From an uncultured Candidatus Saccharibacteria bacterium (GTDB lineage Bacteria; Patescibacteriota; Minisyncoccia; Phycocordibacterales; JABMNX01): a stretch of 64,000 bases of DNA. The stretch is taken from the NCBI GenBank assembly GCA_964575755.1, contig CAZNRH010000001.1:17100-81099 (forward strand). The letters are read 5' to 3'. Shown piece by piece: positions 1 through 9,078 of the stretch. Positions within the stretch are counted from its first letter, which is position 1; every line of letters begins with the position of its first letter. The position numbers were made by a program, and so were the translations under genes. Below the pieces are notes generated by a model. It searched no databases, was not told where the DNA came from, and was given only the letters and a program-made list of their open reading frames with translations.

Positions 1-1
1 T

Positions 2-376
2 AATAATAAAAATAAGAGATCAGGGGTTCTCTTCCAAGGACCTTTCAAAGCGATTCATATAGACTCAAATAAATACCTTTTACATTTAAGTGCATACGTG
101 AATCTCAACGATAAGGTTCATAAATTCGGCGGTCCGACTGCCGAATTAATAAAATCAAGTTGGAATGAATATGTTCAAGGAAGTAAAAGTAGTCAAAAGT
201 CAGATAAAAGAATATGCTCTACTGATATAATCCTTGAACAATTTAATAATTCCAAGGAATACGAATTATTTGCAAGGGATTCTCTTAAGGAAATTCTAAA
301 ACATAAAGAGGAAGACGATTCCTCTCAAGAAACTGAGTCCGCAGACCAGGAATTGAACCAAATGTTATTAGAATAG
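2..376 (+). CDS. IS200-like / REP-associated tyrosine (Y1, HUH) transposase, C-terminal fragment; the 5' end lies outside the window
   Basis: The reading frame is open from nt 2. Its translation NNKNKRSGVLFQGPFKAIHIDSNKYLLHLSAYVNLNDKVHKF... aligns with the C-terminal halves of the complete paralogs at 33639-34304 and 47358-48029 (shared YLLHLSAY(V/I) catalytic-Tyr region and SSWNEY motif). Confidence 0.55.
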   Translation, partial: NNKNKRSGVLFQGPFKAIHIDSNKYLLHLSAYVNLNDKVHKFGGPTAELIKSSWNEYVQGSKSSQKSDKRICSTDIILEQFNNSKEYELFARDSLKEILKHKEEDDSSQETESADQELNQMLLE

Positions 377-393
377 CCATATAATTATTACCA

Positions 394-1821
394 ATGACAA
401 CACAATTTAAAGTACAATTTTTAGCAACATTAACAATATCATTTCTCACGTTAGCTTCTACCGCCTCTGCAAAAATTATTTTTAGTGAAATAATGTACGA
501 CCTCGAAGAAGGTTCTGACAGTGGACGAGAATGGGTTGAAATATTTAACTCTAGCACGAGCGCAGTGTCGCTTTTAAGTTGGAAGTTCTATGAAGGAGAG
601 AGTAATCACGGGCTAGTGCTTGAGCAAGGAAGTGAATCTTTAGGCTCTGGAGAGTATGCACTTATTGTAAGTAACCCCAGCAAGTTTCTTTTAGATTGGC
701 CACAGTTTTCAGGAACACTTTTTGATAGTTCTTTTTCATTAAATAACACAGGGGAGACTTTCGTTATTAGAGACAGTGAGTTGGTGGATATCGATTCCGT
801 AACATATACATTAGAGTGGGGAGCATCAGGAGACGGCAATACACTTTATTACACAGGAGATTTTTGGTCTGCAGGAGTTCCAACCCCAGGCACTGGGACT
901 CTCTCAGCAGTTCAAATGGGTGATAACAGCGACCAAGGAAGTGGTCAAGAAACTCCACCACCAGTATCACCCACATCAAGTGCTGGTAACTTCACGGTAG
1001 AACAACAGATAGTCGCGTTAGCTGGAGAAGATCGAGTTGTAACCGTAGGCGCAGATTCCTTGTTTAAAGGAGAGGCTCTAGGGATTGCTGGAAAGAAGCT
1101 TGAAAATGCAAGATATATCTGGAACTTTGGCGACGGCACACGTAAAGAAGGACATAGTGTGCTTCATTATTATCGCTATCCAGGAGATTATGTAGTCACC
1201 CTAGATGTATCTTCTGGTGAATATTCTGCATCGGACCGTATAAATGTTTCAGCGAATGTTGCAAATGTTATTATTTCTCGCGGAACACAAGAGGTTATAA
1301 CAATTACAAATCTTGATGAAAATGAACTTAATCTTTCTTGGTGGAAAGTGGCAGTCGGCAGTGAGTCTTTCATGTTGCCAGAGCATACCATTATTTTGCC
1401 ACAACACGAGATACATCTTTCATCCGATATCACAGGTCTACGTCCAAATGATAGTAGCGCCGTCATATTACAATATCCAAACGGAGTTGCAGTAGAAATT
1501 AATTCGCCCGAGTACAGCAGGCCGCAGTTTGAAAGCGTGCCGATTCAATCTACTCCTCGCACGTCCTCAAGAGAGTCAATTGTCGGAACGGAAGTCTTTA
1601 AAGATAAAGTTCCTACAGAACAAGTAGGTGTATGGAACGAAATGCAGAGCAATGAAAATAATGATTATTCACAGACGTCTAGTGTTGCAAAGAGTACCCA
1701 AACAAAAGATAGTGGCTCGGCAATGTTTTGGCTAGCACTCGCCAGCATGGTTGTGCTTGGTAGTGTTTCTGCAATTGCGTTACGGCGAAAACACAAGGAC
1801 GAGATCACAATCATTGAATAA
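394..1821 (+). CDS. Secreted/surface protein with a lamin-tail-like domain and a PKD-like domain, plus a C-terminal TM anchor
   Basis: N-terminal signal peptide (LATLTISFLTLASTASA). IIFSEIMYD...EWVEIFNSS resembles the lamin-tail-domain signature. YIWNFGDGT...HYYRYPGDYVVTLDV resembles a PKD domain. C-terminal hydrophobic helix followed by RRKHKDE. Confidence 0.5.
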   Translation: MTTQFKVQFLATLTISFLTLASTASAKIIFSEIMYDLEEGSDSGREWVEIFNSSTSAVSLLSWKFYEGESNHGLVLEQGSESLGSGEYALIVSNPSKFLLDWPQFSGTLFDSSFSLNNTGETFVIRDSELVDIDSVTYTLEWGASGDGNTLYYTGDFWSAGVPTPGTGTLSAVQMGDNSDQGSGQETPPPVSPTSSAGNFTVEQQIVALAGEDRVVTVGADSLFKGEALGIAGKKLENARYIWNFGDGTRKEGHSVLHYYRYPGDYVVTLDVSSGEYSASDRINVSANVANVIISRGTQEVITITNLDENELNLSWWKVAVGSESFMLPEHTIILPQHEIHLSSDITGLRPNDSSAVILQYPNGVAVEINSPEYSRPQFESVPIQSTPRTSSRESIVGTEVFKDKVPTEQVGVWNEMQSNENNDYSQTSSVAKSTQTKDSGSAMFWLALASMVVLGSVSAIALRRKHKDEITIIE

Positions 1822-2019
1822 TCTATGGAGCACTACACGTTGATTTAGAGCCGTTTTTACAGTATAATCTGGTCTAATTAGGTATTAAATAATACCTGTC
1901 CCGTTAGAGATAATAAAAGTTAACATGCTTAAAAACAACCATTTAACAACCAATACACAAGATTCATTACTTACATTAATTTGCAATTGTTCGTCGCAAG
2001 CGAACAATCTCTAACTGGG

Positions 2020-3222
2020 ATGAAACGAGTACTTATTTTCTCAATGGCATACCACCCCTTTGTTGGCGGTGCTGAAGTAGCAGTTAAAGAAATCACTAAT
2101 CGTATCCCTCAGAAGGATGCTGAGTTCCATATGGTTACTTTGCGCTTCAATTCAGACCTACCGAAAAAACAAAAGATAGGAAACATATTAGTACATCGCG
2201 TAGGCTTACCAATACCAAGAACAAAAGATTCAATATTCTGCAAAGCACTACTTTTCTTCAATAAATTCTATTTTCAATTTGCGTCAGTATTAAAAGCACT
2301 TTCACTTCACAGAGAATATTCATATGACGCAGTATGGTCTGTCATGGCACATTCTTCAGGAGTCCCAGGAGGTTTGTTTAAAATGTTTAAACCGAAAGTG
2401 ACATATCTTCTGACACTACAAGAAGGCGATCCAATCACACATATTAAAAAGGTAATGTTCCCAGTGTATCCTTTGTTTATACAAGGTTTTAGAAAAGCAG
2501 ATCGCATGCAGACAATCTCTACATATCTGGCAAAATGGGGGACAGATATGGGGTTCAAAGGTAAACCAATAATTATACCAAACGGAGTTGATGTAAAATT
2601 ATTTTCAAAAGAATACCCAAGAAGAGAGCTTGAGACACTAAAGCAAGAATTAGAGAAAAAAGTAAATTCAGTATTTCTAGTAACCACAGGTCGGCTCGTG
2701 AAGAAAAATGGTATAGACAGCATTATTAGAGCCATGTCATATTTACCAGAACACATTTCTCTTGTTTCAGTTGGAGATGGCCCTGACGAAGGTGAACTTA
2801 AAGCACTCGCACTTGAAGAGGGTGTAATGAGCCGTGTTCATTTTATTAAAGAAATAGACAATAAAGAAATTCCAAAATATTTAAAGATCTCAGATATATT
2901 TATACGACCTTCCCGTTCAGAGGGTATGGGCAATTCATTTATAGAAGCTATGGCAGCTGGTGTACCTATCATAGGCACGCAAGAGGGCGGTATTTCAGAT
3001 TTTCTTTTTGACCCAGATAGAAACAGAGATGTGAAGCCAACAGGGCTAGCGGTAAACGTCGACGATCCAAAAGGGATTGCAGAGGCTGTACTTAGGTACA
3101 GCAGTGACGTGCTACTACGTCGCGAGGTAACTGACAATGCCAAAGCTCTAGTTGATGCTCGGTACGATTGGAAAGTCATAGTTCCTGCAATGCGTAAGAA
3201 GTTTTTTAAACTGAGTAATTAA
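2020..3222 (+). CDS. Glycosyltransferase family 4 (GT-B fold)
   Basis: C-terminal EGMGNSFIEAMAAGVPIIGT motif typical of GT4/GT1 enzymes. The ATG at 2020 (MKRVLIF) is preferred over the TTG at 1981, which lies inside a hairpin-like inverted repeat (tgttcgtcgcaagcgaaca). Confidence 0.8.
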   Translation: MKRVLIFSMAYHPFVGGAEVAVKEITNRIPQKDAEFHMVTLRFNSDLPKKQKIGNILVHRVGLPIPRTKDSIFCKALLFFNKFYFQFASVLKALSLHREYSYDAVWSVMAHSSGVPGGLFKMFKPKVTYLLTLQEGDPITHIKKVMFPVYPLFIQGFRKADRMQTISTYLAKWGTDMGFKGKPIIIPNGVDVKLFSKEYPRRELETLKQELEKKVNSVFLVTTGRLVKKNGIDSIIRAMSYLPEHISLVSVGDGPDEGELKALALEEGVMSRVHFIKEIDNKEIPKYLKISDIFIRPSRSEGMGNSFIEAMAAGVPIIGTQEGGISDFLFDPDRNRDVKPTGLAVNVDDPKGIAEAVLRYSSDVLLRREVTDNAKALVDARYDWKVIVPAMRKKFFKLSN

Positions 3223-3266
3223 TGCTTGTCCTGTTAGAGGTTATTGTATGAAATATAATTAAAAAT

Positions 3267-4442
3267 ATGAATAAAAATAAAACTGAAATCTACAAAACAT
3301 CGACCAAGAAGAGCTCTAGTGGGATGAAAATCTTAATAGCAACACCATTATATGGATCTCAAATAGGCGGTCCGTCGACTTATGTAAAAATTCTCGAAAA
3401 GATGTTGCCGAAGTATGATATTTCCGTCGTAGTAGTTCCATTTAGTACAGTTTCTAGATGGCCTAAGATAATCAGCCATATATTATTCGGATATTACATA
3501 TTTAGAGCCAGCAAGGGTGTGGACATAATATATGCACTAGATCCAATTAGTGTTGGTATACCATCAGTACTTGTTGCAAAAGTCCTAAAGAAAAAGTTTT
3601 TTGTGCGCATAGCAGGCGACTATGCATGGGAGCAAGGAGTACAACGATTTAAAGTCAAAGACCATTTAGATGTATTTTCAAAAAAGACAGACGACTATTT
3701 TGTACCAGTACTTATACTTAAGAAATTACAAAAGATGGTCGCAGAGTCAGCAGAGAAGGTGATAGTGCCAAGTAATTATTTTAAAAGAATAATCACAAAT
3801 TGGGGAGTAGATAGTAAGAAAGTCAAAGTAATTCATTCAGTTGCAGAAGATGTTCCTTTTCAGGGCAGAAAGTCAGACTTAAGAAGCATGCTCAGTTTTG
3901 ACGGCAAGATAGTCGTAAGCGCAGGGCGACTCGTACCATGGAAAGGGTTTGAGGCGCTCATAGACATCACACCCAAGTTAGTAGAGAAGTACGGCTCATT
4001 TAAGCTACTGATAGCAGGAGACGGCCCACAGATGAAAAGCCTAAGCAAGATGGTAGTAAAGAAAAAGCTAGACAACTATGTAGCCATAACAGGTTCTCTA
4101 GAGCGCGAAGTGTTGTTTAAATACATACGTGTTGCAGACGTATTTGTACTCAATACAAACTACGAAGGTCTTTCACATCAGTTACTTGAAACCATATCTA
4201 TTGGCACACCTGTTATCACGACGGATGTAGGCGGTAACCCGGAGTTAATAGATGACAAAATAAACGGGCTTCTTGTAAGTTTTAACAACAAAAAGGAGTT
4301 ATACGAAAGTATAGTATCAGTGCTCGATAGCCAAACTCTGTCCGAAAAGCTTGTACGCAACGCAAAAACAAAACTCAAAAAGTTCAACTCCGAAGATATG
4401 GTCACAAAACTCATTAAAGAGTTTAATAAGAAAAATCATTAA
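3267..4442 (+). CDS. Glycosyltransferase family 4
   Basis: NTNYEGLSHQLLETISIGTPVITTDVGGNPELI sugar-donor-binding motif. Alternative start at 3324 (MKILIATP). Confidence 0.8.
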   Translation: MNKNKTEIYKTSTKKSSSGMKILIATPLYGSQIGGPSTYVKILEKMLPKYDISVVVVPFSTVSRWPKIISHILFGYYIFRASKGVDIIYALDPISVGIPSVLVAKVLKKKFFVRIAGDYAWEQGVQRFKVKDHLDVFSKKTDDYFVPVLILKKLQKMVAESAEKVIVPSNYFKRIITNWGVDSKKVKVIHSVAEDVPFQGRKSDLRSMLSFDGKIVVSAGRLVPWKGFEALIDITPKLVEKYGSFKLLIAGDGPQMKSLSKMVVKKKLDNYVAITGSLEREVLFKYIRVADVFVLNTNYEGLSHQLLETISIGTPVITTDVGGNPELIDDKINGLLVSFNNKKELYESIVSVLDSQTLSEKLVRNAKTKLKKFNSEDMVTKLIKEFNKKNH

Positions 4443-4490
4443 TTAAACACCTTGTTGGATAGATGTTTTTTTGTGAGATAATTACGTGTA

Positions 4491-4904
4491 ATGAGTACCA
4501 TAAAATTATCAGATTTTAATAAATGGAATAAAATAAAGAAAGATGTTTCTATGAAATTAATTTCACCAAATTGCAAAGCCAGAGAAGTTTGGTGGTGTAC
4601 TATTGGTAAAAATATTGGAGTAGAACAAAGCTGTAAAGACGATACTTTCTCTCGTCCAGTTCTAGTAATTAAAGTATTTAATAGAGATATGTTTTGGGGG
4701 TTACCAATAACTTCAAGTAATTCAAATGACAAAAAAAGTAATAGTAAATTTCATTATGACGTAAGTGGTGTACCAAAATTAAAAGGTTATGTAACAATTT
4801 CACAATTACGGACTTTTGATAATAAGCGATTAATAAGAAAAATAGTAAAAATAGAAAAAGAAATGTTGGAAGAAATAAAAGAGAAAATTATAGACATTCT
4901 ATAG
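4491..4904 (+). CDS. PemK/MazF-like endoribonuclease toxin fold, with an N-terminal extension; no obvious cognate antitoxin
   Basis: REVWWCTIGKNIGVEQ...RPVLVIKVFN...GLPITSS...YVTISQLRTFDNKRLIRKIVKI matches the MazF/PemK pattern (G.EQ.G.RP.lVis, P.Ts, Q.Rt.Dk.Rl). Confidence 0.5.
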   Translation: MSTIKLSDFNKWNKIKKDVSMKLISPNCKAREVWWCTIGKNIGVEQSCKDDTFSRPVLVIKVFNRDMFWGLPITSSNSNDKKSNSKFHYDVSGVPKLKGYVTISQLRTFDNKRLIRKIVKIEKEMLEEIKEKIIDIL

Positions 4905-4920
4905 TCTGTATAAAAGATCG

Positions 4921-4945
4921 AAACCCCACCAATTGGTGGGGTTTC
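4921..4945 (+). terminator. Hairpin aaaccccacc-aattgg-tggggtttc downstream of the mazF-like gene
   Basis: Perfect 9-bp GC-rich stem 16 nt after the stop codon. No strong T-run follows, so intrinsic terminator function is uncertain. Confidence 0.4.
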
Positions 4946-5106
4946 TCGGATCCTCCGAAAAGGAATAGTGTATGTACATTATACTTGTATAACACTAAAA
5001 GTCAAATGGTAGTATGTTAATAAAAAAGCCCCCAACAGAGACAAAATTCCGTAAGGGTCTTCTTCGTGGTGATAAATACATTATACATGTACAATAAATC
5101 CAAACA

Positions 5107-6036
5107 ATGAATTCCAGCAACAATAAAAAAATCCTAATGATAACAGGGGACAAAAACCTATTTATACAGGGTACTCCACCTTATGAGCGCCTAGAGATAC
5201 AAAAGGAGCATGCCGACATAACACCCGTATTCTGGGGACATGGAGCGCTCCTGGCACCACTTAAAGAACGTGGAGCGTTTGATACGGTCACCGTACAAGA
5301 CCCATTTTGGCGCGGATTAGTAGGATTATACATTTCCACATACAAGCGAGCTCGGTTTAATGTTCAGCTACACACAGACTTAAGCTCACAAAGTTTTATG
5401 CGTAGAATTATCGCAAAAGTAGTATTACGACGAGCGCACTCAATACGTGTAGTATCATCCAAATTAAAGACTCAAGTTGAAAGTCTTGGAGTAAAAGCAT
5501 CAATTAAAGTGCTACCAATTTACTTAGATATAGAGCGATTTACTTCTGTGTTGAAAGATAAAGACACAAATACAAAGAAAACAATATTATGGGTAGGGCG
5601 TTTCGAAAAAGAAAAAGACCCATCACTAGCCATCAAAACATTAAAAGAAGTCCGTGCAAAAGACATAGACGCAGAGCTTATTATGCTTGGCGAAGGAAGT
5701 CTAAAAGATAAACTAGAAAAAGAGTCCGAAGGACAGCCAATAACATTTCACGGCTGGAGTGACCCACTGAAATACCTAGCTAAAGCAGACGTACTACTCA
5801 ATACTTCACATTACGAAGGATACGGTGCCACTATCGTAGAGGCACTCGCATCAGGAATACCAGTAGTATCACTCGATGTGGGGATAGCGCGTGAAGCAGG
5901 TGCAACTATCGCCACATATGAAGGGTTTACTAATAAAGTAGTTGAAACACTCAACTCAAACAAACCCGCTGAACTCAAGATCCAAATCCTCTCTAAAGCA
6001 CAGTGGGGAGCACAATGGAAAGAAACCCTAGCCTAA
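5107..6036 (+). CDS. Glycosyltransferase family 4
   Basis: WVGRFEKEKDP ... HYEGYGATIVEALASGIPVVSLDVG motifs. Confidence 0.75.
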   Translation: MNSSNNKKILMITGDKNLFIQGTPPYERLEIQKEHADITPVFWGHGALLAPLKERGAFDTVTVQDPFWRGLVGLYISTYKRARFNVQLHTDLSSQSFMRRIIAKVVLRRAHSIRVVSSKLKTQVESLGVKASIKVLPIYLDIERFTSVLKDKDTNTKKTILWVGRFEKEKDPSLAIKTLKEVRAKDIDAELIMLGEGSLKDKLEKESEGQPITFHGWSDPLKYLAKADVLLNTSHYEGYGATIVEALASGIPVVSLDVGIAREAGATIATYEGFTNKVVETLNSNKPAELKIQILSKAQWGAQWKETLA

Positions 6037-6141
6037 AACTTCATTAAAGCAGTATTGAAGTCAGACTTTAACGGACAAGCAGACCCAAGCAGTCATTACG
6101 TCACTTGACTAAAGATAATCTAGAGATTATCATATAAATAT

Positions 6142-6390
6142 ATGAAAAATATAATTGGGTTAAGAGAGCTAAGAGAAAATACAGAGAAATACGTTTCTCA
6201 AGTAGGGAAAGGAAAGACGTTCACAGTAGTGCGTCGTTCAAAACCTATTTTCAATATAACCCCAGTAGACGAATGGGGAGACGAAGGTGTGTGGGAAACA
6301 GTAGTGGATTTCACCAAGATAAATCCAAAAGGAGTTCCCGCTAAAGATGTGTTGAAAGCATTAAAGGAAATAAAGAAGGAAAGAAAATAA
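6142..6390 (+). CDS. Putative type II antitoxin (Phd/YefM-like), immediately upstream of a RelE/ParE-like toxin
   Basis: 82 aa. IGLRELRENTEKYVSQVGKGKTFTVVRRSKPIFNITPV resembles the Phd/YefM N-terminal pattern. There is a 5-nt gap to the downstream toxin-like ORF. Confidence 0.45.
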   Translation: MKNIIGLRELRENTEKYVSQVGKGKTFTVVRRSKPIFNITPVDEWGDEGVWETVVDFTKINPKGVPAKDVLKALKEIKKERK

Positions 6391-6395
6391 GTACC

Positions 6396-6638
6396 ATGGA
6401 TAAAGCTAAGAAATTTCTTAGAAAGTTGCCTTTTGTTAAGCAAGACCAGATTAATGAAGTAGTATCTAAAATAGTTGCAGGTAAGATCAAAAATCTTGAT
6501 ATCAAAAAACTCAAAGGTCATAAAAACTCATTTAGAGTCCGGGTTGGCGATATAAGAATAGTCTTCTCGCAAGATAAAGAGGTTACACAGATACTTTTTA
6601 TAGGCAACAGAGAAAGTTCAAAGTACGAGCCATATTAA
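6396..6638 (+). CDS. RelE/ParE-family type II toxin
   Basis: 80 aa. LKGHKNSFRVRVGDIRIVFSQDKEVTQILFIGNRESSKY matches the RelE/ParE core (L.G....yRiRvGdyRiiY......v.il.i.hR...Y). Confidence 0.6.
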   Translation: MDKAKKFLRKLPFVKQDQINEVVSKIVAGKIKNLDIKKLKGHKNSFRVRVGDIRIVFSQDKEVTQILFIGNRESSKYEPY

Positions 6639-6678
6639 AAAACCCATGATCTTTAAGCTAAAAACTAGCACCTAACCA

Positions 6679-7710
6679 ATGAAATTACTTATCCTCACAC
6701 AAAAGATAGACTCCAGTGACCCTATATTAGGTTTTTTTGTGAGATGGGCGTTGGAATTCGCAAAACATTGCGAGAGTATTGTTCTTATTTGCCTATACGA
6801 AGGCGAACATAATTTACCAGACAATGTCCGTGTACTATCGCTAGGGAAAGAAGAAGGAGTATCACGACTCACATACTTAATCAGATTCTATAAATACATT
6901 TATCAAGAACGCAAAAACTACGACTCAGTTTTTGTCCACATGAACCAAATCTACATAATCCTCGGTGGATTATTTTGGCGTTTATGGAGTAAAAAGATAA
7001 GTTTATGGTATGCACATGGTGGTGTATCAATGTCATTAAAGATAGCAGTCTTATTTACTCATAATATTTTTACATCAACAAAAAGTGGTTTCCGATTAGA
7101 GACCAATAAAACAAAAATAGTAGGGCAGGGTATAGATATAGATTTATTTAACCTGAAAAATAAAAGTAATAATGAAAGGTTTGAGATTGTTTCAATTGGA
7201 AGAATCTCTCCAGTAAAAGATTACGAGACTTTAATTGAAGCAGTTAAAATATTATCAGAAGAAAATATAAACGTGACCATTATTGGTGATGCTGGTTTGG
7301 GTGAACAAGAAAAATATCTTTCTAATTTGAAAAAGATGGTAGTTAATAAGAGTTTAGAAAATAGAGTTCATTTTATTGGAGGTATGCCAAATAATGATAT
7401 AGTAAAGTATCTACAGAGAAGCGATTTATTTGTAAATACAAGCCATACAGGAAGTCTAGATAAGGCTATTTTAGAGGCAATGTCGACAGGCACTCCTGTT
7501 TTAACCTGCAACGAAGCCGTATTAGGGGTTTTAGGAGGGTATAAAGATATTTTAATGTTTCCAAAGAAGAGCCCTAAAAGACTAGCAGAAAAAATAAAGA
7601 ATATAGTAAACATGGAGAACAAGAAAGAATTAGGAAAATCACTAAGAAATATAGTGGTAGAGAATCATAGTCTAAATAATTTCGTTAAAAAAATAATGCA
7701 ATATGTCTAA
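6679..7710 (+). CDS. Glycosyltransferase family 4
   Basis: VNTSHTGSLDKAILEAMSTGTPVLTCN motif and GT-B architecture. Confidence 0.75.
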   Translation: MKLLILTQKIDSSDPILGFFVRWALEFAKHCESIVLICLYEGEHNLPDNVRVLSLGKEEGVSRLTYLIRFYKYIYQERKNYDSVFVHMNQIYIILGGLFWRLWSKKISLWYAHGGVSMSLKIAVLFTHNIFTSTKSGFRLETNKTKIVGQGIDIDLFNLKNKSNNERFEIVSIGRISPVKDYETLIEAVKILSEENINVTIIGDAGLGEQEKYLSNLKKMVVNKSLENRVHFIGGMPNNDIVKYLQRSDLFVNTSHTGSLDKAILEAMSTGTPVLTCNEAVLGVLGGYKDILMFPKKSPKRLAEKIKNIVNMENKKELGKSLRNIVVENHSLNNFVKKIMQYV

Positions 7711-8314
7711 CAAACTTCTTATATTTAAAATGATCCTACTTAAAATTAGTAGGAAAGATCCAGTGTATGAACTTTTTATAAAAAATAAGAAGACTCTTGA
7801 TGTTGCGTGTGGGGAAGGTAATCTTCTTAAGAATGATAAAGAAAATATATACGGAATAGACATAAACAAAACACTTCTCGAACAGTTAAAAAACGAAGGA
7901 TTAAAAGTAAAATATTCAGATGTAACTAAAATTGATTTTGAAGATAGTGTATTTGATGTAGTACATTGCAGTAATATTATAGAGCACCTTGATCCAGAAT
8001 CTGCTCATAAAATGTTTCAAGAAATGAACAGGGTATTAAAACCAGAAGGAGTGATTATTCTTATAACTCCAACAGAAAAAACAATCTGGAATACCTTTGG
8101 ACATATAAAGCCGTATACACCCCAATCAATCAAAAAACTTTTACGTAAAGTAAGCCTAGAATCATTCGATTCCATACAAGGCCTTCGAATAGAGAATGTT
8201 GTGTATTATGGTTCATGGGGATGGAATAAGTTCACATTTCTTTACTCAAGCCTTATGGCAAACCTCACCCCATTTATGAGAGGTTTATATATAATGACAA
8301 TTAAAAAATATTAG
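7703..8314 (+). CDS. Class I SAM-dependent methyltransferase
   Basis: Motif I LDVACGEGNLL and post-I VVHCSNIIEHL...RVLKPEGVIIL. Confidence 0.7.
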   Translation: MSNKLLIFKMILLKISRKDPVYELFIKNKKTLDVACGEGNLLKNDKENIYGIDINKTLLEQLKNEGLKVKYSDVTKIDFEDSVFDVVHCSNIIEHLDPESAHKMFQEMNRVLKPEGVIILITPTEKTIWNTFGHIKPYTPQSIKKLLRKVSLESFDSIQGLRIENVVYYGSWGWNKFTFLYSSLMANLTPFMRGLYIMTIKKY

Positions 8315-8316
8315 GT

Positions 8317-9078
8317 ATGAATACAAAACACTCGTTTCCAAAAAACTATTTTAAAAGTGGGGTAAATACTAAAGTACAGAGCAAGGAAGAGTGTCTAGTT
8401 AATACTCCTGCGTTTCGAAGAACTTTTGTAGAGTTCATTGAGGCTTTGCCTAAAGACGCTGTTGTTCTTGACGCTGGGTGTGGCGGCGGAAAATTCTCTA
8501 GGAAGATTATTTCTTTGCGTCCAGATATCAAAATATATGCAATAGATATTAGTGATGTAGAAGATGTTTTGCCTAAGCAAATTACTTTTGTTCAAGGTTC
8601 TGTTGAAGATTTGAGAGATTATTACGAGGAGGGATTCTTTGATGCCGTTGTTTGTTTCCATGTATTAGAGCACTTGTTATATCCGATGTTAGCTATGAGT
8701 AGTTTTAAAAGCGTGTTAAAGAATGGCGGGAAAATTTATCTAGAAACTCCAAACTGGTCTCGGGGACTTGTTCCGTTTTTAGATACATATTTCTGGAATG
8801 ATTATACTCATATTAGAATTTTTACAAAAAAAACAATACGTAACTTATTTGAAGACTATGATTATAAAATACGCACCTTAATATCGGTCTCAAGTATGAC
8901 ACTTTTCACACGAAATGATTCGGTAAAAAAAATTAGTAATCTGTATAAAAAAGAAAAAGACAATAAAGGAAGTGTTTTTTCTTTCTTTAAAAGCTTTATT
9001 ACAAAGTCGCTTGCTCGAATAATTAGTGCTTTCTTGAAGGACGTCATTGTAATTATTGCTGATAGCGTTAAAAAATGA
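8317..9078 (+). CDS. Class I SAM-dependent methyltransferase
   Basis: VLDAGCGGGKFS motif I and DAVVCFHVLEHL motif. Confidence 0.7.
   Translation: MNTKHSFPKNYFKSGVNTKVQSKEECLVNTPAFRRTFVEFIEALPKDAVVLDAGCGGGKFSRKIISLRPDIKIYAIDISDVEDVLPKQITFVQGSVEDLRDYYEEGFFDAVVCFHVLEHLLYPMLAMSSFKSVLKNGGKIYLETPNWSRGLVPFLDTYFWNDYTHIRIFTKKTIRNLFEDYDYKIRTLISVSSMTLFTRNDSVKKISNLYKKEKDNKGSVFSFFKSFITKSLARIISAFLKDVIVIIADSVKK

Noticed and set aside
1981-2019. TTG start of the first GT4 gene at 1981
   Set aside because: The extra 13 codons overlap a hairpin-like inverted repeat (tgttcgtcgcaagcgaaca) and are not typical of a GT4 N-terminus. The ATG at 2020 gives the usual MKRVLIF beta-strand start.
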